DNA of 64,000 nt, from positions 96,001 through 160,000 of the forward strand of contig CBDDCX010000006.1 in NCBI GenBank assembly GCA_965226375.1, written 5' to 3'. Origin of the DNA: Longimicrobiales bacterium. GTDB taxonomy: Bacteria; Gemmatimonadota; Gemmatimonadetes; Longimicrobiales; Gaopeijiaceae. The position numbers were made by a program, and so were the translations under genes. The notes beneath the pieces are model-generated. The model searched no databases. It worked only from the letters and a program-made list of their open reading frames with translations, and was not told the DNA's origin. Shown here in pieces: positions 27,338 through 37,794 of this stretch; the stretch's first letter is position 1; every line of letters starts with the position of its first letter.

Positions 27338-30031
27338 GTGTCACCGAAGAGCTACCGTCGACTGTTCTTTCTCCTGCCCTCGCGGTTCAGGGACGAGTAC
27401 GGTTCGGAGTTGGAGGAAGTGGTCGAGGATCGTTGGAACGTGGTCCGAGAGCGAGGCGGGGTCGCCGTGAGGATCCGATTCTGGGTAAGGGAAACTGTGG
27501 CGCTCACGCTGCTCGCGACCCGGTTGCGAGTGGGGCTGGAGCCGGCTTCGGCCGAGCGCACGACTACACGCATGAAGACGATGATGAGGAGGTGGGAGGT
27601 GAACGGTTTGGGACAGGACCTCGGACAAGCGGTCCGATCGCTACTCAAGGAACCGGGTTTCACTCTCGTGACGGTGCTTACACTCGGGCTCGGCGTCGGT
27701 GCCTCGACGGCGATCTTCAGCGCGGTCCACGCCGTGCTCTTCCGTGATCTGGCGTACGCCGACGCAGACCGGATCGTAGCCGTGTTTCATGCGGATACCG
27801 AAACGCGAGAGCTCTCAGTCGGCGCGTCGGCCACGAACATCAGGGACGTGGCCGAGTCGAGTAACCGACTCTCCGGGGCTGCCATAGCGGAGCCCTGGAG
27901 CCTCGACCTCTTCCTGGACGACCGCACCGAGTCGCTTCGCACATGGGCCGTGTCCACAGGGTTCTTCGAGATCCTCGGCGCGGCGCCCGCGCTCGGTCGC
28001 GCTTTCCGTCCCGACGAATACGTGGAAGGGAACGACAAGGTGGTCCTGCTGGGGCATCGCAGTTGGACGCAGCGCTTCGGCGCCGACCCTGCGATCGTGG
28101 GCCGGACCGTAACACTCGACAACGAGCCCTACACGGTCGTGGGTGTCCTTACCCGGGACTTCAAGTACCCCAACCAGGCAGCGGCATGGATTCCTCGGGC
28201 CCCTAATTCGCGGGACGACGGCTCCCGGGCCGCGGACTACATGTACGGTATCGGGCGACTCGCCGACGGAGCGACGATGTCGGACGCGCAGGCCGAAATG
28301 GATCGCCTGGCGCGCTCGCTCGAGGAAGCCTTTCCGGAGACGAACACCAACATCGGTATACAGTTGGTCCCGTTCCGGGAGCACCTCTTCGGAGACGTGC
28401 GTACACCGCTTTATGTGTTGTTGTCGGCGGTCGGGTTCGTGCTACTCATCGCATGCGCGAACGTTACGGGCCTGATGCTCGCTCGAGGAGCAAAGCGGGA
28501 GCGCGAGTACGCGCTCCGGAGCGCTCTTGGGGCCGGGCGAGCCCGCTTGGCCGGATATGTTGCGACCGAGAGCCTGCTCTTGGCAGCTGTCGGATGCGCG
28601 CTGGGCGTCGGGCTCACCTTCCTGGGGGTGCGTGTGATCCAGAGTCTCGGACCGGATCATCTGCCGCGCATCGACGAGCTTCGTGTCGATGGCACGGTCC
28701 TGACGTTCGCCCTGATCGTGGCGGGACTCAGCGCGTTTCTCTCCGGGTTGGCACCGGCCTTCAGACTCTCTCGCCCCGATTTGCGAGGTGCGCTGTCGGA
28801 CGCCACTCGGGGCAGCACGGGCGGACGGAAGGCCAATCGACTGAGGAACCGGCTCGTCGTGGCCGAGGTTGCAGCCGCCCTGGTCCTGCTCATCGGGGCC
28901 GGGCTCCTCACCAGGAGCTTCTCGATTCTGGTGAACGAGGAATTGGGCTTCGACCCGACGGACCGAGTCGCTATTCAGGTCTTCGCGTACGGGTATCCGG
29001 GTGAGGAGCTGATTCAGTTCGTGAACCAGACGATCGAGAACATGAACGCGATTCCCGGAGTGAGGGACGTGGCGATCACGTCGAACGTGCCCGGCGCGAC
29101 GGACGGCGCGATCGCCTCGATCGACATCGACTTGCCTATGCGGATCGATGGGGTGGCTCCGCTGCCGACTGGTCAGGAGCCGGTCACCTGGATTTCGCAG
29201 GTGTCGAAGAGCTATTTCAACGTGATGGGGATGCCGATGGTCGCGGGTCGCGGCTTCGATGACGGCGACCGTTCCGAGGCTCCGCCGGTCGTGATCGTCA
29301 ATGAGGCCCTGGTCCGGCGCCATCTGGGCTATCGGGACGCGGTAGGACAGCGCATCGGCCTGCCTTGGGGCCCCGAGGCGGACCAGTGGAAGTGGCGTGA
29401 GATCGTGGGTGTCGTGAAGGACGTCCGTCCGCTGGGCTTCGAGTCGGAGCCGCGGCCCGAGGTCTTCTTCCCGATCACCCAGGCGGGCACAGGCAGCTTG
29501 ACCTTCGTGCTCGCTTCCGATACGGACGCGGGCCCCATCGTGACCCAGGCGGCCGAGGCGGTCTGGCAGGCGAATCCGGCACAGGCCGTTTATGGAGCTG
29601 CCACACTCGAGGCGCTACTGGCCGATTGGCTGCAGGAACGACAATTCAATGTGGTGCTCTTGTCGTCGTTCGCGCTGATCGCGCTGATGCTCTCGGCGGT
29701 GGGGATATACGGACTCGTCAGCTTTTCGATGGCACAGCGCGTCGGGGAGCTCGGAATCCGTAGGGCGCTCGGCGGCCAGACCCCCGACGTGCTCGGCATG
29801 GTGCTCCGGGAAGGAGCGAGGCTGGCCGGGGCAGGCGTGGTGCTGGGAGTCGTGGGCGCCTTGGTCCTCACCCGCTTCCTCGGCGGCATGCTTTGCGGCG
29901 TGGAGCCCACCGACTGGCCGACCTTCGGGCTGCTTGCTCTGGCGGTGCTCATGGTGTCGTCGTTGGCCACGCTCGTGCCGGCGATTCGCGCTACGCGTGT
30001 GGATCCGATGGAGGCCCTCAGAGAGGGTTAG
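27338..30031 (+). CDS. ADOP-family duplicated ABC permease #2
   Basis: Prefix YRRLFFLLPSRFRDEYG, then [24 protein letters not shown]-terminal ATRVDPMEALREG. Confidence 0.93.
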   Translation: MSPKSYRRLFFLLPSRFRDEYGSELEEVVEDRWNVVRERGGVAVRIRFWVRETVALTLLATRLRVGLEPASAERTTTRMKTMMRRWEVNGLGQDLGQAVRSLLKEPGFTLVTVLTLGLGVGASTAIFSAVHAVLFRDLAYADADRIVAVFHADTETRELSVGASATNIRDVAESSNRLSGAAIAEPWSLDLFLDDRTESLRTWAVSTGFFEILGAAPALGRAFRPDEYVEGNDKVVLLGHRSWTQRFGADPAIVGRTVTLDNEPYTVVGVLTRDFKYPNQAAAWIPRAPNSRDDGSRAADYMYGIGRLADGATMSDAQAEMDRLARSLEEAFPETNTNIGIQLVPFREHLFGDVRTPLYVLLSAVGFVLLIACANVTGLMLARGAKREREYALRSALGAGRARLAGYVATESLLLAAVGCALGVGLTFLGVRVIQSLGPDHLPRIDELRVDGTVLTFALIVAGLSAFLSGLAPAFRLSRPDLRGALSDATRGSTGGRKANRLRNRLVVAEVAAALVLLIGAGLLTRSFSILVNEELGFDPTDRVAIQVFAYGYPGEELIQFVNQTIENMNAIPGVRDVAITSNVPGATDGAIASIDIDLPMRIDGVAPLPTGQEPVTWISQVSKSYFNVMGMPMVAGRGFDDGDRSEAPPVVIVNEALVRRHLGYRDAVGQRIGLPWGPEADQWKWREIVGVVKDVRPLGFESEPRPEVFFPITQAGTGSLTFVLASDTDAGPIVTQAAEAVWQANPAQAVYGAATLEALLADWLQERQFNVVLLSSFALIALMLSAVGIYGLVSFSMAQRVGELGIRRALGGQTPDVLGMVLREGARLAGAGVVLGVVGALVLTRFLGGMLCGVEPTDWPTFGLLALAVLMVSSLATLVPAIRATRVDPMEALREG

Positions 30032-30062
30032 CGGTCCCGCGTCGGCTTTCGTGGCGGACGTC

Positions 30063-30461
30063 CTACCGTACCACGCAAACCTTCGCGCCGTGACCGGGCG
30101 CGTCAGCGCTCCGACCATCACACGTGAGTAGCGGACAGTCGAGGGCCTCCGCGAGCGCAACGTAGGCGGCGTCGTACGCGCTCAAGTTGTCGCGCAGCAT
30201 CCAGATGCGCGGGACGAGCATCCCAGCGGGGCGTCTTTCGACGGGTAGTGCCTGCAGTAGCTCCACAGCCCCGGTCGCCCTCGAATCCGAGACGGCGCCC
30301 GACCGCGCCAAGCGTCGAAACGCCTGCACGACTTCGACGTCGAGTAGATCCGGGGCGAAGAATGCACCGTCCGGGTCGTCCAGCAACTGTGTTACCACGC
30401 CGTCACCACGCTCGCTTCCCAGTAGCCACTCCACCACGGCAGAGGCGTCCAAGACCATCAC
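30063..30461 (-). CDS. vapC: VapC-family PIN toxin
   Basis: VLDASAVVEWL...APDLLDVEV...NLSAYDAAYVALAEALDCPLLTCD. GTG start overlaps the antitoxin stop. Confidence 0.9.
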   Translation of the reverse strand: MMVLDASAVVEWLLGSERGDGVVTQLLDDPDGAFFAPDLLDVEVVQAFRRLARSGAVSDSRATGAVELLQALPVERRPAGMLVPRIWMLRDNLSAYDAAYVALAEALDCPLLTCDGRSADAPGHGAKVCVVR

Positions 30462-30688
30462 CGGGTGTCGCGATCCTCGCGGATGATTTCGGCGGCCGTT
30501 GGAGCACCGTACACCGGCCCCAATTCGTGAACACGTGCCACGACCTCGTCCACGCTCAGCCGTTGCAATTCCTTCTGCAGTGCTCGAAGTGCCAGATCGG
30601 ACAGGGTCACCCCTTCCATGGCCGCCTTGGCCTTGGCTCGGCGGTGCAGGTCCTCCGGCACATTGCGGATTTGGATCATGATAGACAT
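30458..30688 (-). CDS. FitA-like ribbon-helix-helix antitoxin
   Basis: MIQIRNVPEDLHRRAKAKAAMEGVTLSD...AAEIIREDRD. Confidence 0.88.
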   Translation of the reverse strand: MSIMIQIRNVPEDLHRRAKAKAAMEGVTLSDLALRALQKELQRLSVDEVVARVHELGPVYGAPTAAEIIREDRDTR

Positions 30689-30720
30689 GTGAAAAGCATG
30701 TTAGCATGTGTAGCACATGT
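30685..30720. promoter_or_regulatory. Putative TA autorepression operator
   Basis: Four CATGT repeats arranged as two palindromes (ACATGTgaaaaGCATGT, GCATGTGtagCACATGT) at the antitoxin start. Confidence 0.6.
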
Positions 30721-30855
30721 CAACGGCTGAACGTCTTACGGCACCTGTCTCCGTGGATTCAGCCGACCCCTCGGGTCGGTCAGGGTCTAGTTGAGGGCCG
30801 GGGCTCCAGCGTAAACAGCCTGTCCAACATCCGGGGTTCAACCGGTATTCCAACC

Positions 30856-30903
30856 ATATCGCACTGCGAAGTGTCCAACCCCTCGATATCGCAATGCGAA
30901 GTG
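30856..30903. promoter_or_regulatory. Tandem operator pair upstream of ADOP #3
   Basis: ATATCGCA(C/A)TGCGAAGTG at 30856 and 30886 (30-bp period). Each copy has the palindrome TCGCA-N-TGCGA. Confidence 0.65.
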
Positions 30904-30928
30904 AGGAATGGACCGATCGGGGAGACGA

Positions 30929-33523
30929 ATGGATCGATCACCCAGGGGCATCTACAGGGCTCTACTCAGGGTCTATCCAGCCGCGTTCCGCCAACGCTTT
31001 GGCCAATCGATGGAGGTCGTCTTCGAGCGAGAGTGGAAGCGGGCTCGGATCGCGGGAACCCCGGCGGCGTTCGTGTTTTGGATCCGGCTCCTGGCGGATT
31101 CTTTCGTAAACGTTCCGCGCGAGTGGCTCGACGTCGCCGCGCACGAGGGGAAAGGGAGGGTGGGGATGATGCTCGAGAGTCTATGGCAGGATCTTCGATA
31201 CGGAATGCGGGGACTGGTGAGACGCCCTGCACTTACCTTGGTTTTGACCCTCACCCTGGGCCTCGGAATCGGGGGTGTGACGGCCATCCAATCGGTGCTG
31301 CGTGGGACGCTGTTGCGGGAGCTTCCGTACGACGCGCCCGATCGAATCCACATGTTCTGGAATGCCGGTTCATGGGCTCCAAGTGATCTGGCGGTCCTCG
31401 AGGAAGGCAGCCCGACGCTCTCTCTGGTGGCCGCCTACACCGAGACCCAGGTCGTGGTACAGAACGAGTCCGGCCCCGCGTCGGCCGAGGATGCCCTCCT
31501 TGTCTCCCACGACTTCTTCTCCGTGTTCGGTGTGGAGCTTCAAAGGGGACGCGACTTCGACGTATCGGACGAGGTCCGGGGAGCCCCGCCGGTCGCGGTG
31601 ATCACCCATGGCCTGTGGGTCGAGCTGGGTCAGAGACCCGATATGGTCGGCTCGACGCTGCGGATAGACGGTCAGGGCGTCGAGATCGTCGGGATCACCG
31701 CACCGGAATTCTACTTCCCGGACGAAGCGACGAGGATGTTTCGGCCGATGCAGGTCGATCGCACGAGCCGTGATCGCTACCTCAGCCTGATCACCCGAGT
31801 CTCGACAACGGCCACCCCCGAGACGCTCGCCGGCGAGGCGCAGCGCGTCGTGACGGTGCTCGGGCGGCAGATTGACAGTTTTTCCGATGCCGTTCGGCTG
31901 ACACCGGTTCGGCGCGCCATCTTCGGCCGTAATCGCGAGCCGATGATCCTGGTCGGGGGAGCGCTGGCGCTCGTGCTGCTCATGGCCGTCATCAACGTAG
32001 GGGGGTTGTTGCTCGGGCACACCGAGCGACGCAGGGGCGAGTTATCCCTTCGGGCGGCCATCGGCGCGAGTAGGAGTCGTCTCGCTCGCCAACTCGTGAC
32101 CGAGTCCACGATCATCGGCTTGTTGGGCGGTGGCGCCGCAGTGCTGTTCGGGCTGGTCGGCTTCAAGCTGCTGGTGGGCAGCCTGCCGATCTCACCGGGG
32201 GATGCCCAGGCACTCGAGATGGATCGGGTATTTCTGCTCTTCACGCTGCTCCTTGGTGTGGGGGTCGGGGCGGTTGTCGGTCTGATCGCAGCGCTCGGAT
32301 CGTCCGCCAAGACACCGGGCGGGAGTCGCGGCACGACTACCGGCGCCTCCCGCTCAGCAGCGCTGACCCAGAACGCACTGGTCATAGCACAGGTCGCCCT
32401 TACCGTGCTGCTCGTCGGGGGAGCCGGCGTGATGGCGAGGAGCGTCGGCGAGCTCTCGATGATCGAGACCGGCCTCTCTCCCGGACAGGCCGTGGTCCTC
32501 GATGTCGTCGCCGGCGCCGGGGATTATCCTGCCTCCGAACGCGGAGAGCTGTACGCCAACCTTCGTGGATTGATCGGTGAGATGCCCCAAACGGCCTCGG
32601 TCGGCTTGAGCCAGAAGCTCCCGCTGAGAGGGAGCGGGTGGACCACGTCGGTGGTGGCTCCGGGAGTGTTGGATGAGCCGATGTTCGTTCCGATTCGGTT
32701 CGTCACGCCGGGATATTTCGAGGCATTGGGCGTGCCGCTCGCCTCCGGGCGCCTTCCCGACTCGTTCATCGACCGAGCCGATGGTGCTCCGGTGGCCTGG
32801 GTGAACCAAGCACTTGCCGAGAGGATTTGGCCCAGAGAGGATCCGGCCGGCCAGCGTTCGGTCACCGCTTGGGGAGCGAGCCGCCGCGTGGCGGGCGTAG
32901 TGGGTAACGTTTCGGAAGGGAATCTGACAGATGCGGTTCTCCCTGCGATCTACGTTCTGATCGAGCAACATCCGCGGTTTCTGAGTTTTGCGATGGTCGC
33001 GCGACCCGTGCCCGGGGCGGGGCCGCAGTACCCGGCCCAGGTCGTGAACCTGTTGAGAGAGCGGGAGCCCCGCCTGGCCGTGAGGAGCGTCTCCACGTTT
33101 ACCGAGGTCGAGCAGGCCGCTCAGGGGGACACGCTCATGATCATGCGACTGCTGATCCTGCTCGGTGTGTTGGCGCTCATCGTCGGCGCCGTCGGCGTGC
33201 ACGGTGTCATCTCGCAGTGGGTCAGCGGGCGGATCCGAGGCTGGGCTGTAGCGCTCGCCCTGGGCGCCACCTCCGGGACTGTACTCCGGGAGGTGCTGAT
33301 ACGAAGCCTCTCGCTGACTGTGGCGGGCGTGGGTGCGGGGATCGTACTCTTCCTGATCGGCAGCTCTGCGCTCGAGTCCTTCCTGTTCGGCGTCGAGCGG
33401 ACCGACCCGGTATCTCTCGGCGCCACAGCAGCCTTGATCGTCGCTACGGGAGTACTGGCGGCCGCAGCCCCCGCTCTCCGTGCCGTTCGCACCGATCCCG
33501 TGACCCTGTTGAGGGGAGAATGA
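30929..33523 (+). CDS. ADOP-family duplicated ABC permease #3
   Basis: Prefix IYRALLRVYPAAFRQRFG, then WQDLRYGMRGL, C-terminal AVRTDPVTLLRGE. Alternative start at 30908. Confidence 0.9.
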   Translation: MDRSPRGIYRALLRVYPAAFRQRFGQSMEVVFEREWKRARIAGTPAAFVFWIRLLADSFVNVPREWLDVAAHEGKGRVGMMLESLWQDLRYGMRGLVRRPALTLVLTLTLGLGIGGVTAIQSVLRGTLLRELPYDAPDRIHMFWNAGSWAPSDLAVLEEGSPTLSLVAAYTETQVVVQNESGPASAEDALLVSHDFFSVFGVELQRGRDFDVSDEVRGAPPVAVITHGLWVELGQRPDMVGSTLRIDGQGVEIVGITAPEFYFPDEATRMFRPMQVDRTSRDRYLSLITRVSTTATPETLAGEAQRVVTVLGRQIDSFSDAVRLTPVRRAIFGRNREPMILVGGALALVLLMAVINVGGLLLGHTERRRGELSLRAAIGASRSRLARQLVTESTIIGLLGGGAAVLFGLVGFKLLVGSLPISPGDAQALEMDRVFLLFTLLLGVGVGAVVGLIAALGSSAKTPGGSRGTTTGASRSAALTQNALVIAQVALTVLLVGGAGVMARSVGELSMIETGLSPGQAVVLDVVAGAGDYPASERGELYANLRGLIGEMPQTASVGLSQKLPLRGSGWTTSVVAPGVLDEPMFVPIRFVTPGYFEALGVPLASGRLPDSFIDRADGAPVAWVNQALAERIWPREDPAGQRSVTAWGASRRVAGVVGNVSEGNLTDAVLPAIYVLIEQHPRFLSFAMVARPVPGAGPQYPAQVVNLLREREPRLAVRSVSTFTEVEQAAQGDTLMIMRLLILLGVLALIVGAVGVHGVISQWVSGRIRGWAVALALGATSGTVLREVLIRSLSLTVAGVGAGIVLFLIGSSALESFLFGVERTDPVSLGATAALIVATGVLAAAAPALRAVRTDPVTLLRGE

Positions 33524-33822
33524 CGCTCAATCGATCGTCCCTGCCATCCGCTCAGTTCCAGATCCTCCTGGCGCTAGCCGATGGCCCGAAGCCGGGCCAT
33601 GTCATCAACGAAGACATGCGCGTGAGGAGTGACGGCCGGTTGGCGATGGGACCGGGTACGCTGTATGGCGGGCTCAAGCGCCTGCTTCGGCGGGGGTGGG
33701 TGACCGAGGCCGACGGCGTCTATCAGATCACCGCGGAGGGTGCTGCGGCCTGCGAGCGAGAGATCGCCCGCATGAGCGCGATCCTCGGGATCGCGGCGGC
33801 GAAGGGGCTGGCGGCGCGCTGA
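33520..33822 (+). CDS. PadR-family regulator located downstream of its permease
   Basis: MTLNRSSLPSAQFQILLALADG...GPGTLYGGLKRL...YQITAEG. ATGA overlap with the ADOP #3 stop. Confidence 0.85.
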   Translation: MTLNRSSLPSAQFQILLALADGPKPGHVINEDMRVRSDGRLAMGPGTLYGGLKRLLRRGWVTEADGVYQITAEGAAACEREIARMSAILGIAAAKGLAAR

Positions 33823-33864
33823 GGGGGGAGCCGCTTGAGACGAGCCCCGCCGTCTCCGGGTGTG

Positions 33865-34851
33865 TTACCCGTCAATAACCCGTGTTTCCCGTTCGAGCTC
33901 GAGATCGTAAATGTAGAGACCGTACACACCGTCGACTGCCTTCGTGTAGGTCAGGAAACGCCCGTTTGGAGAAACACGCGCTCTGTTGACGAAGCCGCCG
34001 GTATTGGACACCGCGTTGCCGTCCTCGACCATGATGGTAGGGGCCGGTTGGCCGAGGCGCTGTCGCAACAGCGATCTTCCGTCTGAGTTGTCCCGGAAGA
34101 AGAACACCTCGCTGCCGTCCGAGCTCCAGCTTGCACCTTCGTCAGGAACCTCGTTCTGGGTGATGGGCGTAATGGTCCCGTCCGCGAGGTCCAAAACCAT
34201 GATCTCCGTCGACACATTGACATCGTTTCGTTCCTCGTCGGTCTGATCACGCCTGAACTTGTAGAGGGCCGTTGTCCGGACGAACAGAATCCGATCACCA
34301 TCGGGTGACCATTGGGGTGAGAAATCGTTGTACTGACCGTCCGTGACCCGCTCCCTCCCCAGTCCATCGGTGCCGACCACGTAGATACTGTGGACGAAAG
34401 GATTGATCTCGGGCCTCGACTGAAAGGCGATGCGGTCTCCATCCGGAGACCACGTGATGTCGTACTCCAGCGCGGCGCTCTCGTCGGTAACCCGTCTCTG
34501 GTCCGATCCGTCGGCGTTCATGATATGGATCTGAAGACTGATCGGTCGTTCGTCCCTTTGATCTCGTCGGTTCGAGAAGAAGGCGACTTTCCGGCCATCC
34601 GGAGACCAAACCGGACCCTCATCATTGTACTCGGCATCCGTAAGGCGGATGAGGTTGTGGCCGTCGACATCAACGGCGTAAATCGAGAACGCGCCATTAC
34701 TGCCAGACGAGAAAACGATTCTCTCACCGTCCGGCGACCAGTCCGGACTGAAATACATGACAGGGCTGCTTTCTTGAGCCCGAAGACCGGTCGGTAGTAG
34801 ACCAACAGAAAGAAGCAGTAGCTTCACGGATTTTAGTGACGACCCCTTCAT
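33865..34851 (-). CDS. Secreted PD40/TolB-like beta-propeller protein
   Basis: Signal peptide and repeated PxWSPDG motifs. Confidence 0.85.
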   Translation of the reverse strand: MKGSSLKSVKLLLLSVGLLPTGLRAQESSPVMYFSPDWSPDGERIVFSSGSNGAFSIYAVDVDGHNLIRLTDAEYNDEGPVWSPDGRKVAFFSNRRDQRDERPISLQIHIMNADGSDQRRVTDESAALEYDITWSPDGDRIAFQSRPEINPFVHSIYVVGTDGLGRERVTDGQYNDFSPQWSPDGDRILFVRTTALYKFRRDQTDEERNDVNVSTEIMVLDLADGTITPITQNEVPDEGASWSSDGSEVFFFRDNSDGRSLLRQRLGQPAPTIMVEDGNAVSNTGGFVNRARVSPNGRFLTYTKAVDGVYGLYIYDLELERETRVIDG

Positions 34852-34930
34852 CCTCCCGTCCCTTTCCCGAGCATATAGCCGAATGACTTGTCACAGTGCC
34901 TCGGAGCGGCTCTCAGCAGCCAGTCGCCCT

Positions 34931-37606
34931 TTACTCCTCCCGCATCGCGTCGATCAGATCGCAGCGAGCGGCCTGCCTGGCCGGCAGGTAGCAACCCGCA
35001 AACGCCACGGCTGCGAGCGTCACGCACGCCCCAATGAACGTTCGCGGGTCCGTCGCACTTACACCGTAGAGCTGGCCCTGAAGAAAACGGGTGAGCCCGA
35101 GCGCCAACATCACCCCCAAGACGAGGCCGGCCACGGCGGCCGTCATCCCTTGGCGCAGGATCAGTTTGGTCACTCGCGAACCGGTAGCACCCAAGGCGAG
35201 CCGTATGCCCATCTCCCGGCGGCGCTGCGAGACGGTGTACGAGAGGACGCTGAAGATCCCGACGGCGGAGAGCACGAGCGCGAGCACGCTCAGCGTGCCC
35301 AGGAGCATCGCACCGGTACGGCGGTTCGCGCTTGCGGACGTGAGCAGATCGTCCAGCGTGTTGACGAGGTAGATCGGAAGTCCGGTCGCCTCGAAGACTT
35401 CACGGCGGAGAATAGGGATCATCTGCTCCGGGTCAGCCGTTGTTCGAACTGTGAGGGTCCGGGGCCGCGTGTCGTCGATCTCGTAATAGTTCTGGAGATC
35501 GGGCTCGAGATCCAGCCCGCCAAGCCGTACGTCCTCGACCACACCGATGATCCGAATCGGGTTCCCACCATTGATGAGGCGCTGGCCGACCGGATCCGAG
35601 TCGGGCCAGTAGCGTTCGGCGAGCGTCTCATTGATGAGAGCAACGATCTCAGGAGCGGTGTGGTCCTCTGGTAGAAACGAACGACCCCGGATGAGACGTG
35701 ATCCGACCGTGGAGAAGTAGTGCATATCGACGCCCTTGAGCAGTGCGCGTGGCGCCTGTCCTTCCGGAAACGGGTCGCGGCCTTCGATCCCCAGCAGCGA
35801 GGAGAAGGGACTCGTCAGTGGGTTGGAGAAGGAGCTCGCGGCGGAGACCACGCCCGGTACCGAACGCAGCCGCTCCGTCAGGTCGTTGTACATGCCCCGG
35901 ATCTCGGCGTCATCTGGAAAACGATTCTCCGTGATGTTCATCTCGAACGTCAGCAGGTTTTCCGGATCGACGCCGGTATCCACATTGAGTAGCCCCACCA
36001 AGCTCTGGATCATCAGACCGGCCCCCACCAGGAGCACGACCGACAGGGCGAACTGACCCACCGAGAGCAGGTTGCGACCGTGGCGGCCAGCTCCGCCCGA
36101 CGTCACGCCGAGGGAATTTCTACCCAGCATGCCGTGTACGCTGGTGCGCACGACCTGGAAGGCAGGGGGTGCTCCGACGAGCACGGCGCCGAGAGACCCC
36201 ACTACGCCTGTGAACGCCAGGACCCTCCAGTTTAGGGCGACCTCTTGGGCCAAGGGCGCCCCCTCGAACCAGATACCCACAAGGATCTGGATGCCCAACC
36301 ATCCCGTGCCGACTCCCAGCCCCACGGCCAGGCCGGTGATCAGCAGGGCCTCGCCAATCGCCATGCGGAATAGGCGTCCGCGTCCCGCACCGATCGCGGC
36401 GCGCACCGTGAACTCCTTGCTGCGCGTCGTGGCGCGAGCCAGCCCGAGCGCAGCCACGTTGGCCGTTGCGATGAGCATTACCAGACCCACGGCCCCCAGA
36501 AGAGCGAGCAGCAAGGCAGCCGAGTCGCCCCCAAAGCGCTCGCCCAGCGGGACGATCGCCACACCCCTGGACGTGCCGTGCTCCTCATTGAGCCGCACCA
36601 CGATCGCGCTCAGCTCTTCGAGCGCCGCGGTCGGACCCACACCGGGAGCAACCCGGACGGCCACGTCGAGCCAGTGGTTGGCGCGGCCACTCCAGAAGGG
36701 TACTCGCTCGATAGGCCGCCAGATATCGGTGGGGTCCGTCCGATCGAGGAGTCGGTTCGCTGTGAGATCTCCCGCGTGGGGCGCGGCGACCCCGACGACC
36801 TCGTGTGCCTCGTAATCCAGCACGATGGTGCTGCCGATCATGTCGGGATCGGCCTCGAATCGATTCACCCAGAGCCGGTAGCTCATCACCGCCACGGGCG
36901 ACGCGTCGTCCAGGTGCTCCACCGGTGAGAAGAATCTCCCCAGGAAGGGCTGCGCGCCCACTAGGTCGAAATAGTCGCGGCTGACGAGTCCGCCTGGGAG
37001 CCAGTCCGCCCGGTTGCCCTGGCTCAACGTGACACCGCCCTCCTCGAACGCGACCATGCGCTCGAACAGTGTGCTGCGCTCTCGCCAATCGAGGAACTCC
37101 GCCCAACTGACTCGTCCGTAGTCGCCGGTCACCGGTGCGGTCTCGTAGACCTCGTAGGTGCGATCCGCATCGGGGATGGGCAGGGCGCGCAACACGAACG
37201 TGTCCACCATCGAGAAGACCGCAGTGTTCGCACCGATCGCCAGCGCCAACGTCAAGACCGATACGCCGGCGAAGGCCGGACTCCGCAGTAGCGCTCGAGC
37301 CGCAAATCTCAAATCGTCAACGCAGGCCATCATCCCTCTCCCGTCCAAGTTCCTATGCCGCGTTTGTCGTACGGTGTGCCGAAGTGCCAACAGGTGCCAA
37401 GGGGCCAGTTCAGCCAGGAGTCGCCGCCGGGCCCGGACGAGTCCGAGACGCTCCACGTCGCGCCGGTAGGCCGATTCGATGTCCGTCATCACCACGGCTC
37501 GGACGTGCTCGGGAATCACGAGGCGAAGGAGCAGGTGAACCCACCGAGGGAGCGGACTGGCGTGTTTCGTGCCTTTGCTGCTGTCCTGCGGGCCAGAGGT
37601 CCTCAT
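34931..37606 (-). CDS. ADOP-family duplicated ABC permease #4
   Basis: Prefix LPRWVHLLLRLVIPEHVRAVVMTDIE, then DDLRFAARALLRSPAF, LPARQAARCDLIDAMREE. ATG at 37606 overlaps the padR stop. Confidence 0.9.
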   Translation of the reverse strand: MRTSGPQDSSKGTKHASPLPRWVHLLLRLVIPEHVRAVVMTDIESAYRRDVERLGLVRARRRLLAELAPWHLLALRHTVRQTRHRNLDGRGMMACVDDLRFAARALLRSPAFAGVSVLTLALAIGANTAVFSMVDTFVLRALPIPDADRTYEVYETAPVTGDYGRVSWAEFLDWRERSTLFERMVAFEEGGVTLSQGNRADWLPGGLVSRDYFDLVGAQPFLGRFFSPVEHLDDASPVAVMSYRLWVNRFEADPDMIGSTIVLDYEAHEVVGVAAPHAGDLTANRLLDRTDPTDIWRPIERVPFWSGRANHWLDVAVRVAPGVGPTAALEELSAIVVRLNEEHGTSRGVAIVPLGERFGGDSAALLLALLGAVGLVMLIATANVAALGLARATTRSKEFTVRAAIGAGRGRLFRMAIGEALLITGLAVGLGVGTGWLGIQILVGIWFEGAPLAQEVALNWRVLAFTGVVGSLGAVLVGAPPAFQVVRTSVHGMLGRNSLGVTSGGAGRHGRNLLSVGQFALSVVLLVGAGLMIQSLVGLLNVDTGVDPENLLTFEMNITENRFPDDAEIRGMYNDLTERLRSVPGVVSAASSFSNPLTSPFSSLLGIEGRDPFPEGQAPRALLKGVDMHYFSTVGSRLIRGRSFLPEDHTAPEIVALINETLAERYWPDSDPVGQRLINGGNPIRIIGVVEDVRLGGLDLEPDLQNYYEIDDTRPRTLTVRTTADPEQMIPILRREVFEATGLPIYLVNTLDDLLTSASANRRTGAMLLGTLSVLALVLSAVGIFSVLSYTVSQRRREMGIRLALGATGSRVTKLILRQGMTAAVAGLVLGVMLALGLTRFLQGQLYGVSATDPRTFIGACVTLAAVAFAGCYLPARQAARCDLIDAMREE

Positions 37607-37794
37607 CGCGTGGCTCCGTCCGCAGCAGAGGGCATGCCCTCCCACATGCGTTCCCACTGACGGCGCACCTCTTCCAGGGCCTCGTCACCCGCCTCGGTTA
37701 TGCGGAAGTGACGTCTGGCTTTTCCGCCTCGGACCGGGGTCGGATCACCGAGCTGCGAGCTGAGGAATCCTTTTGTTTCCAGCCGCATGGGAGT
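37603..37794 (-). pseudogene. PadR regulator, C-terminal half only
   Basis: MRLETKGFLSSQLGDPTPVRGGKARRHFRITEAGDEALEEVRRQWERMWEG. The N-terminal half is replaced by ADOP #5 sequence. Confidence 0.82.
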
